This document shows positions 25,217-32,000 of a stretch of DNA of 32,000 bases, in pieces. The position numbers and the translations under genes were made by a program. Origin of the DNA: Nanobdella aerobiophila (GTDB lineage Archaea; Nanobdellota; Nanobdellia; Nanobdellales; Nanobdellaceae). The notes under the pieces are model-generated. The model saw only the letters and a program-made list of their open reading frames with translations. It had not been told where the DNA came from and did not search any database. Each line of letters begins with the position of its first letter. The first letter of the stretch is position 1. The stretch lies in contig NZ_AP019769.1 in NCBI RefSeq assembly GCF_023169545.1, positions 636,962-668,961 on the forward strand, given 5' to 3'.

Positions 25217-28200
25217 ATGACGATAAAATATAATATCCTTAAATATAGTATATTGTTATTTTCTATTGGATTTATAAGTTTGAGCATAAATTCTCAGAAT
25301 TATTATGCAGTAACATTAACTAATACGCAATCTATTCCAACTCCAGCACCATTTCAACAAGATATAGCTATATGTAATGGATCTACATCATTAGTACAGA
25401 ATCCTTATTTTAGTATAGTTGGTAATGCATCTTCGACAGGTTCAACATCTGCCTCAGTAACATTACCTACAGGTGCTAATATTTATTTATGTAATGGAGG
25501 TGATGGAAATGGTGCTTTATCTTCATATTCCTGGACTGCTCAAGAAACAACACAAAATACTTATGCAAGTTTAGGATATCAAAGTTCTAATGTGTGTTCA
25601 GATTCTTCAGGATCTACTGATATTGTAGTTGGAGGTGTTGCCATAAATACTAATGAATATGAAAATTTTGTTGGAACAACATTTAATGGTGTAAATTCTT
25701 TCTCTTATACATATAATGTAACTAATACATCTAATGTTGTCATTTCTGTTGCATGTGGATGGTATGCATGCACATCCGTAACATTACCTTCTGGATGCCA
25801 AAAGTTATTTGATACCATAGGAGGAGATACATATGAAACTACGGTAATGGGTGTATGTTATAATCAAACAGCAGGTAGTTATACAGTTTCTGGATCATTA
25901 AATGGAGGAGGCTATGTTTCTGTAGGTATATATGAATTTAGTACAATCCCTCCAAGGTTGAATACATCCCTATCTTATGTAAATAATATTACTTTATATA
26001 ATGAAATAAATTCTAATGGATCTAATGTATACTTTTTTTCTAATCCTTCTAATCCTACAGGATCATTATTATATTCTTGGTACGAAGGACAAGAAAATAC
26101 TAATGGAGTATCATGCGACATTTGGTGGGTAAATATTAGTAATGGAATACCTGCAAATAGTAATATAACAATATATATGGATATAGGAAATACAAGTACA
26201 AATTATTATTCACAATATTATCCATATGTAGGTGTATCTTATAATGTTTTAGGAACATTTAATTATGATAATGGTAATTATGTATTTAATTATTATGAAA
26301 AATGGGGGAATTTAAGCTCTTTACCAGTAGGGTGGAATAATTTAGATTCTGTAAGTGTATCTTTTAGCCAAAATTATACATCTTTTGTTCAAACAAGTTC
26401 TAATAACTATTGGTATGGTTTATATTATCCATTATCGAATTCTAATTTACAAAATAGACCTTTGTTATTATTATCATATTATTACTCCTATCCTAACGGA
26501 AATACAAACTATTTTGGAATCACAAGCCAAACACCAGTAGTCAGTAATACAAATTATTATACATACTATGTAACACAAACATCCCCAGGTTATTATAATA
26601 GCTTGTTATATGTTTCTTCTGGAACTGCTACAGATACAATAGGATATTTAGTATATGTCCCCGGCAGTATAACTGGTTCTTATTTTAATTTATATTGGAC
26701 TGCTGTTGCTTCATATCCTCCTAATGGAGTTATGCCATCTATAAATATTTTTTACGCCTCCCCGATATTAAACAGTTTAAATTTCAATCAGAGTATTGTA
26801 AATAGCTATCCTGGACAAAATGCAACAATAGAAGGAACCATATATATAAATAATCCATATAATATTGAAACAAGTATATCATTATCTTGTATTTCTTCGT
26901 CAACTGTTAACTGTTATATACCAAATTATTGTATAACAAACACCAATCAATGTAATTTTAACATAAATGCAAACTCTAATAATATAAGCAATTATTCTAT
27001 AGAAGTTTTAGGAAAAAACCAATTTTCTTCTGTACAAAACAATTTTACTCTAGAGATATTGTCAGCACCTATTAGTATAACAAATATATCTATTAGCCCA
27101 AACACAGAAACAATTGTATCTGGACAATCCCTAACATCAAATATAACAATATATCTAAATAATACATATCAAGGAAATACAATAATACATCTATCTTGTA
27201 ATTCTCCTTCCCCAAATATATATTGTAATATATATCCAAATATAATTACAACAAATAACAATATTACATATTCTGAATTATATATAAACACTTCAGAAAA
27301 TACAACTATGAACAATTACACAATAACAGTTACAGCAAGTAATAGTTATTCTAGTATAAATGGATACGAATATTTAACTGTATATCCATATCCTATTATA
27401 TATATCATATCTCCAAATAATAATACTATAAGTAATTATTATGGACTAAATTTAACATTCTATACAAATTATCCAAATGTAAATATAACAATTAATGGAA
27501 ATACATATAATATAAATGTAACTCCAGGAACAAATACCGTATATTTAAGATATAATAATTCATCAAATGGACTACCTTCATTATATAATATTATACCAAA
27601 TGGAGGAAATATTAGTATAGAATTAAATATAGAATCTCCAACAGGATTAACAAATAATACAGGAATATATAATTACCAACTACCTGCACCAATATTTAAT
27701 GTATCATATACATCTCCAACTCCAAGTAATGGATATATAAGTAATCTATGGTTATTACAAATATATGGAAATGTATATGATAATACAGAAGGTATAGATT
27801 ATTGTAATATACAATTCTTGAATCAATCAAATAATCAATGGGTAACTATATCTAGTTCTACAGAATGTAATGATGTATTTTATAATGGTTTATTACAAGA
27901 ATATTCTAAATATAATGGACAATATTATCAATTATATTATAGAATATATGGATATAATAATTATGGATTATATAATATAACTCCAGAACAAGTTATATAT
28001 TTCTCTCCTAATTCACAAAATATAACTGTAATAAATAATTCATTAACTAATAATCAAATAAATAATATAATACAAGGATCAATAAATAATAATATACCAA
28101 TTGTAGTATTCCCTCAAGGAATATATTTAGTTAATTTAAATATAAATCCACAAGGTAAAAATATAGAATTATTAGGATCTGGAAATGTACTATTTGAGCC

Positions 28201-29179
28201 TGCTAATCCAGGACTACCTGTAATAAATATAGAATCTTCAAATGTAAATATAACTAATATAAATATACAAACTAATTTATTTGCATTAAGATTAACAAAT
28301 GGAACAGTAAATATATATAATTCAAATATAAATTCTGGATTATTTGGTATACAAGTAGAAAATCCATCAATATTAAATATATATAATAGTACAATAAATG
28401 GAAATATAGGAGCAATATATGGAACAGGTACATTCCAGAATTCTACAATAGAGAATTCAAATATACAATCAAGTGTGTGGGGTATATATGATAATAATCC
28501 AGAAAATATTATAATAAATAATAATAATATTAATGCGAATATATTTGGTATAGATTTAGATGGAAATGCGATAAATAATACGATAAATAATAATAATGTT
28601 GATAGTAATATATTTGGTATAAAATTAAATAATGGATATAATAATTATATAGAAAATAATAATATTGATAGTAATATATTTGGTATAGATTTAGGATCAG
28701 GAAATAATTATATATTAAATGATTTAATAAAAGTAGGATCTGTATTTGGATTATATGAAACAAATAATAATTATATTAATAATGTTACAGCATATGGAGG
28801 AATATTCGGACTTAATATATATGGTAATGCATCAAATATATATGATTATAATTCACAGTTAGGTGTAGCTATAAATAATAATGGAACTATAAATAATTTA
28901 ACTGTATCAACAGGAACTATTGATATAAATTATATAGGTTCAGGATTTATTAATAATGCAAATAGTTTTGCAAGTTCAATAATAAATAATACTATACAAT
29001 ATAACTTTGCTTCTGGAATATTATTAATAGGGTCATTAAATGCTAATATTACATTTACAAATATACCTACAGGTAATTATATAATAGAAAAGATAGTAGG
29101 AGGTTCAGGAAATATAATATCTACAAATAATACATTTAGTCCATCCGGTTTTGGTATTTATGCATTGTATTATTCATAA
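25217..29179 (+). CDS. Giant secreted surface protein (1,320 aa): Sec-type signal, DUF2341/lectin-like module, two Ig-like Cys-containing modules, and a parallel beta-helix (PbH1/NosD-like) C-terminal region
   Basis: MTIKYNILKYSILLFSIGFISLSINS-QNYY is a Sec-like signal. Residues ~36-507 are identical to the 22065-24032 protein. Two ~100-aa modules share the pattern PGQ.xT...I.(I/L)NN.Y...I.LSC.S.S...C...NY(S/T)I.V. There are eight or more 22-23-aa repeats of type NNNI(D/N)SNIFGI.L....NN.I. It carries dozens of NxS/T sequons and has no C-terminal TM anchor. Confidence 0.8.
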   Translation: MTIKYNILKYSILLFSIGFISLSINSQNYYAVTLTNTQSIPTPAPFQQDIAICNGSTSLVQNPYFSIVGNASSTGSTSASVTLPTGANIYLCNGGDGNGALSSYSWTAQETTQNTYASLGYQSSNVCSDSSGSTDIVVGGVAINTNEYENFVGTTFNGVNSFSYTYNVTNTSNVVISVACGWYACTSVTLPSGCQKLFDTIGGDTYETTVMGVCYNQTAGSYTVSGSLNGGGYVSVGIYEFSTIPPRLNTSLSYVNNITLYNEINSNGSNVYFFSNPSNPTGSLLYSWYEGQENTNGVSCDIWWVNISNGIPANSNITIYMDIGNTSTNYYSQYYPYVGVSYNVLGTFNYDNGNYVFNYYEKWGNLSSLPVGWNNLDSVSVSFSQNYTSFVQTSSNNYWYGLYYPLSNSNLQNRPLLLLSYYYSYPNGNTNYFGITSQTPVVSNTNYYTYYVTQTSPGYYNSLLYVSSGTATDTIGYLVYVPGSITGSYFNLYWTAVASYPPNGVMPSINIFYASPILNSLNFNQSIVNSYPGQNATIEGTIYINNPYNIETSISLSCISSSTVNCYIPNYCITNTNQCNFNINANSNNISNYSIEVLGKNQFSSVQNNFTLEILSAPISITNISISPNTETIVSGQSLTSNITIYLNNTYQGNTIIHLSCNSPSPNIYCNIYPNIITTNNNITYSELYINTSENTTMNNYTITVTASNSYSSINGYEYLTVYPYPIIYIISPNNNTISNYYGLNLTFYTNYPNVNITINGNTYNINVTPGTNTVYLRYNNSSNGLPSLYNIIPNGGNISIELNIESPTGLTNNTGIYNYQLPAPIFNVSYTSPTPSNGYISNLWLLQIYGNVYDNTEGIDYCNIQFLNQSNNQWVTISSSTECNDVFYNGLLQEYSKYNGQYYQLYYRIYGYNNYGLYNITPEQVIYFSPNSQNITVINNSLTNNQINNIIQGSINNNIPIVVFPQGIYLVNLNINPQGKNIELLGSGNVLFEPANPGLPVINIESSNVNITNINIQTNLFALRLTNGTVNIYNSNINSGLFGIQVENPSILNIYNSTINGNIGAIYGTGTFQNSTIENSNIQSSVWGIYDNNPENIIINNNNINANIFGIDLDGNAINNTINNNNVDSNIFGIKLNNGYNNYIENNNIDSNIFGIDLGSGNNYILNDLIKVGSVFGLYETNNNYINNVTAYGGIFGLNIYGNASNIYDYNSQLGVAINNNGTINNLTVSTGTIDINYIGSGFINNANSFASSIINNTIQYNFASGILLIGSLNANITFTNIPTGNYIIEKIVGGSGNIISTNNTFSPSGFGIYALYYS
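25321..26736 (+). repeat. Copy B of the 1,416-bp perfect direct repeat (in-frame coding)
   Basis: Identical to 22598-24013. Both the main-frame proteins and the shadow ORFs (26355-26540 vs 23632-23817) are identical. Confidence 0.9.
28319..28862 (+). repeat. Tandem 66-69-nt (22-23-aa) parallel beta-helix repeats inside the giant surface-protein gene (approximate bounds)
   Basis: Successive units are NSNINSGLFGIQVENPSILNIY / NSTINGNIGAIYGTGTFQNSTIE / NSNIQSSVWGIYDNNPENIIIN / NNNINANIFGIDLDGNAINNTI / NNNNVDSNIFGIKLNNGYNNYIE / NNNIDSNIFGIDLGSGNNYILN / DLIKVGSVFGLYETNNNYINN / VTAYGGIFGLNIYGNASNIYD. At DNA level, aatatatttggtata recurs at about 28549, 28608 and 28673. Confidence 0.7.
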
Positions 29180-29247
29180 TTTTTTAATTTCATTATTGAT
29201 ATTATTAATATAAGTTTTAAATTCAAACTTTATAAGTATAAATATAT

Positions 29248-29331
29248 GCCGTGGTGCCCGAGCGGCCCAAGGGGATGGATTGCTAATCCATTCTCCGTAA
29301 GGAGACGTGGGTTCAAATCCCACCCACGGCG
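29248..29331 (+). tRNA. tRNA-Ser (anticodon GCU)
   Basis: GCCGTGG TG CCCG AGCGGCCCAA GGGG ATGGA TTGCTAA TCCAT TCTCCGTAAGGAGAC GTGGG TTCAAAT CCCAC CCACGGC G. It has a long variable arm (CTCC/GGAG stem) and discriminator G73. Confidence 0.9.
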
Positions 29332-29379
29332 TAAAGAACTTATATTAACTTTTAAAATCTTTTAAAATATTTATTACCT

Positions 29380-29982
29380 ATGGCTCATGGTCCTATATAT
29401 ATAGTCAAATATAGAAGGAGGAGAGAAAATAAAACAGATTATAGGAAAAGATTAAAATTATTAAAATCTAGAAAATTAAGATTGGTTGTAAGAAAATCTT
29501 TAAATAATATTCAATGTCAAATAGTACAATATAATAAAGATGGTGATAAAACCTTATTAACAATACATTCAAAAATATTAGAAAAAGAATTTGGATGGAA
29601 AGGCCATAGAGGAAATATTCCAACTGCATATTTAACAGGTTTACTAACAGGTTTAGAAGCTAAGAAAAAAGGAATCGAAGAAATAATACTAGATATAGGA
29701 AGATATAATAAAACAAAAGGAAATTTATTATTTGCTGTACTAAAAGGTGCCATAGACTCTAACATTAATATAAAATATAGCGAAGATCTATTACCAACAG
29801 ATGACAGGATAAAAGGAGAACATATAAAGAAATATGCAGAATTATTAAAAGAAAAAGATGAAAATTTATATAAAAAACAATTTTCAGAATATTTAAAAAA
29901 AGGGTTAGAACCGGAAAAGATAGTTCAACACTTTGAAGAAGTAAAGAAAAATATATTAAATAAATATGGACTGGAAAGATAA
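29380..29982 (+). CDS. rpl18p: 50S ribosomal protein L18 (uL18 / L5e)
   Basis: MAHGPIYIVKYRRRRENKTDYRKRLKLLKSRKLRLVVRKSLNNIQCQIV...TAYLTGLLTGLEAKKKGIEEIILDIG is collinear with archaeal uL18. Confidence 0.9.
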   Translation: MAHGPIYIVKYRRRRENKTDYRKRLKLLKSRKLRLVVRKSLNNIQCQIVQYNKDGDKTLLTIHSKILEKEFGWKGHRGNIPTAYLTGLLTGLEAKKKGIEEIILDIGRYNKTKGNLLFAVLKGAIDSNINIKYSEDLLPTDDRIKGEHIKKYAELLKEKDENLYKKQFSEYLKKGLEPEKIVQHFEEVKKNILNKYGLER

Positions 29983-30211
29983 TTTAGATCCGATTCTAAA
30001 GGATTTTTTGAAAGCGCTATTATCAGAAACAAAAGAATATAAAGACATATATATAAAATCTGAAGATCCTGCAAAGGCACAGATATGGATAGCCTTAGCT
30101 TTATTATATAGAAAATATATATCTTTAGAATCAAAAATAAATGAGCTAGAGAATATATTAAATGATAAGGAAGCTAAAGAAAAATTAGAAGAATTTTTAA
30201 AGAAGCTTTAA
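29966..30211 (+). CDS. Small helical/coiled-coil hypothetical protein (81 aa)
   Basis: It exactly fills the gap between rpl18p (17-nt overlap) and convergent rps8p (TTAA overlapping stops). The composition is coding-like and Lys/Glu-rich. No family was recognised. Confidence 0.45.
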   Translation: MDWKDNLDPILKDFLKALLSETKEYKDIYIKSEDPAKAQIWIALALLYRKYISLESKINELENILNDKEAKEKLEEFLKKL

Positions 30212-30582
30212 TATATAACTGCCAATAAAGCCCCTCCGTTTTTCTCTTTTTTACATTCTACATTCGTTTTAATTCCTTTGTTTGTTGTTAAAAATAGTAA
30301 TCCCATCCCTCTTGCAGGTAAAAATCTTTTCTCATATTTGTCTATATCTTTATATGATATTGGAAACCTTGGTTTTATTGCTTTACCAAAATTAAACCTA
30401 TCTGAAAATTTTACTATAATTGATTTTCCATCTATATTATAGTTTTCTATATATCCATTGGATTTTAGCTTCTCTAATATAGATAATAATAATTTATTAT
30501 AATAACCGAATCTAACTTCTTTTTTTCCCACATTTATTGAGTTTGTTGCATGTGAGAAGAAATCATTAATTATATCTACCAT
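30208..30582 (-). CDS. rps8p: 30S ribosomal protein S8 (uS8)
   Basis: VGKKEVRF...LLSILEKLKSNGYIENY...GKAIKPRFPISYKDIDKYEKRFLPARGMGLLFLTTNKGIKTNVECKKEKNGGALLAVIY matches archaeal uS8. The conserved S14-S8 order is kept. Confidence 0.9.
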   Translation of the reverse strand: MVDIINDFFSHATNSINVGKKEVRFGYYNKLLLSILEKLKSNGYIENYNIDGKSIIVKFSDRFNFGKAIKPRFPISYKDIDKYEKRFLPARGMGLLFLTTNKGIKTNVECKKEKNGGALLAVIY

Positions 30583-30944
30583 TATTCTCCAGAAACTCTA
30601 AAACCCATTGTCTTTGCCATTTCTCTGAAGCATCTTCCACATATATAAATATTATATCTCCTTATCACTCTATCATGAGAATTGCATATTATACACCTAA
30701 CTGAACCTTTACCAAATTTTCTTTCCTTATTTTCTATACCATACTCCTTTAAAACTTCTATTATAGTTTTATTTTCTTGTATAGACTTATTTACTAGTTC
30801 TTCTATATTTTTTATCTTACCTTCTTTTATTAATTTTCTTATTTCCTCCCTTACGTATTTTGGTGAATTACTCTTTATTATTTTAGTCAATGTTCCTTTT
30901 TTATTTCTTTGTAATTCTACTAAGTATGACCAACTGTTTGGCAT
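30582..30944 (-). CDS. rps14p: 30S ribosomal protein S14 (uS14, zinc-ribbon type) with a ~65-aa N-terminal extension
   Basis: The C-terminal ~55 aa KERKFGKGSVRCIICNSHDRVIRRYNIYICGRCFREMAKTMGFRVSGE is a canonical archaeal S14 (CxxC...CxxC). The ORF continues upstream to the ATG at 30944, with no in-frame ATG/GTG/TTG near the usual start position. Confidence 0.8.
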   Translation of the reverse strand: MPNSWSYLVELQRNKKGTLTKIIKSNSPKYVREEIRKLIKEGKIKNIEELVNKSIQENKTIIEVLKEYGIENKERKFGKGSVRCIICNSHDRVIRRYNIYICGRCFREMAKTMGFRVSGE

Positions 30945-30998
30945 TTATTATTTTTATATAGTAAAATTTATAAAAAAGATATATACATCTTTTATATC

Positions 30999-32000
30999 TT
31001 GGATGCATATATTGCAGGGATTGATCCTGGGACTAATTTCGCTATAGTTGTAATAAATGAAGATGGTTATATAGTTGATAAAATGAGTGGAAAGAATTTA
31101 GAAGATAAAGATATTATACAGTATATAAATAAATTAAATAATGTTATTATTATATCTACAGATAAAAAAGATATACCGAAAAAAATAATCGAAATAGCAT
31201 CTAAATTGAATATAGGTATATACTATCCTAAAAAAGATATAGATTTAATTACAAAAAAGAAATATTATGAAGATAATAAATTAAAAAATGTATTAGAATC
31301 TGATCATGAATTTGATGCATATATATCTGCAATGGAAGCATTGAAAAATATAAAAGGTATAATAGAAAAAGCAAAGAAGGTAGCTGAAAGCGATGATGAA
31401 TATATAAAAATATTGAGGATAAGCTTCAAAAATAGAAATATAGAACCTGTATCTGCAAAAGAAAAGATAAAAGATAATGAAAGTAAAAATATAGTATATA
31501 AAAAAAGAAAAAAAGTTAGAAAGATAATTAATAATTATGATAGTATTAAGATATTAACAAAAAAGTATATAATTAAAAAAGATGAAGAAGAAATAAAAGC
31601 ATTAAATAAGAAGTATATAGATTCTCTAAATTATATAAATAAACTTTCACTAGAATTATTAAATAGATTAAGAATTAATGATAATATTATACCAAAGGCT
31701 TCATTTTTATACAATAATAATATATCATATAATAAAGTATATATAGATATATATGATACAGATATTAGTAAGATATTATCTAGTAAATCAATGATATATA
31801 TTGAAGAACCTAAAAAGGAGTATATCTCTAAATATAATTATAATTCTATATATATTGTAAAAAATTTTGAAGATCTTAGAAACTTTGTATTAATTAAAGA
31901 ATATTATAAATATGATATTACAGATGTTAAAGAAAATGATGATATTGAAAAAATAAAAAAGTTTATAAAGTTATATAGAAGTACACCCAATTCAAACTGA
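30999..32000 (+). CDS. DUF460 / COG2433-like RNase-H-fold (RuvC/YqgF-type) putative nuclease, 333 aa
   Basis: YIAGIDPGTNFAIVVINEDG, VIIISTDKKDIPKKIIEIASKL and SDHEFDAYISAMEA match the DUF460 N-terminal pattern (GiDPG..., atD..p.P..v.kia, HeRDAlaAa). A Lys-rich coiled-coil follows. The start is a TTG in the track, and the TGA stop is the last three bases of the window. Confidence 0.6.
   Translation: MDAYIAGIDPGTNFAIVVINEDGYIVDKMSGKNLEDKDIIQYINKLNNVIIISTDKKDIPKKIIEIASKLNIGIYYPKKDIDLITKKKYYEDNKLKNVLESDHEFDAYISAMEALKNIKGIIEKAKKVAESDDEYIKILRISFKNRNIEPVSAKEKIKDNESKNIVYKKRKKVRKIINNYDSIKILTKKYIIKKDEEEIKALNKKYIDSLNYINKLSLELLNRLRINDNIIPKASFLYNNNISYNKVYIDIYDTDISKILSSKSMIYIEEPKKEYISKYNYNSIYIVKNFEDLRNFVLIKEYYKYDITDVKENDDIEKIKKFIKLYRSTPNSN

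Noticed and set aside
22598-26736. The 1.4-kb repeat as an insertion sequence or other mobile element.
   Set aside because: Both copies are in-frame internal parts of surface-protein genes. There are no terminal inverted repeats, transposase or integrase genes, or target-site duplications. Paralogous domain duplication or gene conversion fits better.
594-30134. Many short track ORFs antisense to or nested in strong genes: 594-854, 1969-2163, 3019-3309, 3313-3534, 4103-4297, 8811-9128, 10272-10496, 12793-12981, 13081-13485, 15679-15882, 15872-16078, 16544-16789, 18881-19075, 20766-21074, 23632-23817, 26355-26540, 28530-28763, 29517-29765, 29925-30134 and 30682-31047.
   Set aside because: Each is fully overlapped by a CDS with clear family-level homology on the other strand or frame. 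They have hydrophobic or low-complexity shadow composition and no recognisable motifs.
5161-31410. C/D-box sRNA candidates, from C-box-like TGATGA words at about 5168, 12648, 15491 and 31392.
   Set aside because: All of them lie inside well-supported CDSs, for example the DDGSKDG motif of the GT2 gene. None has a properly spaced D box (CTGA) with terminal pairing, and none falls in the intergenic regions.
1-32000. A CRISPR array, cas genes or other recognisable defence systems.
   Set aside because: I found no regularly spaced short direct repeats. The only tandem repeats are in-frame beta-helix coding repeats at about 28.3-28.9 kb. I recognised no Cas, restriction-modification or toxin-antitoxin signatures.
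1-32000. Split tRNA half-genes of the Nanoarchaeum equitans type.
   Set aside because: I searched both strands for orphan T-arm signatures (GGTTCAAATCC / GGATTTGAACC). Only five occurrences exist and each belongs to a complete, contiguous tRNA, including Glu and His, which are split in N. equitans.

Overview
This is a very AT-rich (about three-quarters A+T by eye), extremely gene-dense archaeal chromosome segment. Most neighbouring genes abut or overlap (ATGA start/stop overlaps, convergent TTAA stop overlaps). The five tRNA genes stand out as GC-rich islands, which fits a thermophile. Twelve ribosomal-protein genes (uL16/L10e, uL30, uS5, eL37, uL15, eL19, uL22, uS3, uL18, uS8, uS14) lie scattered in five separate blocks instead of one spc/S10-type operon. 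Only the N-terminal ~43% of gatE is present. Together these traits suggest a reduced, symbiont-type DPANN/Nanoarchaeota-like genome; that lineage call is an inference, not verified. Housekeeping genes include hisS, class II ribonucleotide reductase (nrdJ), archaeal cofactor-independent phosphoglycerate mutase (apgM), a MoxR/ChlI-like AAA+ ATPase with a VWA partner, an hsp20-Nog1 GTPase-metallophosphoesterase operon, a Memo-like protein, a DPMS-like GT2 glycosyltransferase with a PAP2 phosphatase, a HAD hydrolase (partial, at the window edge), a DUF460/COG2433-like RNase-H-fold protein and a NurA-like nuclease. The most unusual region is 21.1-29.2 kb. It holds a three-gene operon of class-III-signal-peptide (type IV pilin-like) proteins whose last member is a 655-aa pilin-adhesin fusion, then tRNA-His, an orphan NurA-like gene, and a 1,320-aa Sec-signal surface protein (DUF2341/lectin-like module, Ig-like modules, parallel beta-helix). 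The 655-aa and 1,320-aa genes share a base-perfect 1,416-bp direct repeat encoding an identical 472-aa extracellular module. I read this as a candidate host-attachment surface system undergoing gene conversion or very recent duplication. Other oddities are a second operon of three small sequon-rich anchored proteins, a uS14 with a ~65-aa N-terminal extension, two anomalously long non-coding spacers, a structured hairpin followed by ACA in a divergent intergenic region, an atypical tRNA-Glu anticodon arm, and an identical 13-nt AT box abutting the 5' ends of two tRNAs. I saw no CRISPR array, rRNA gene, transposase or integrase.
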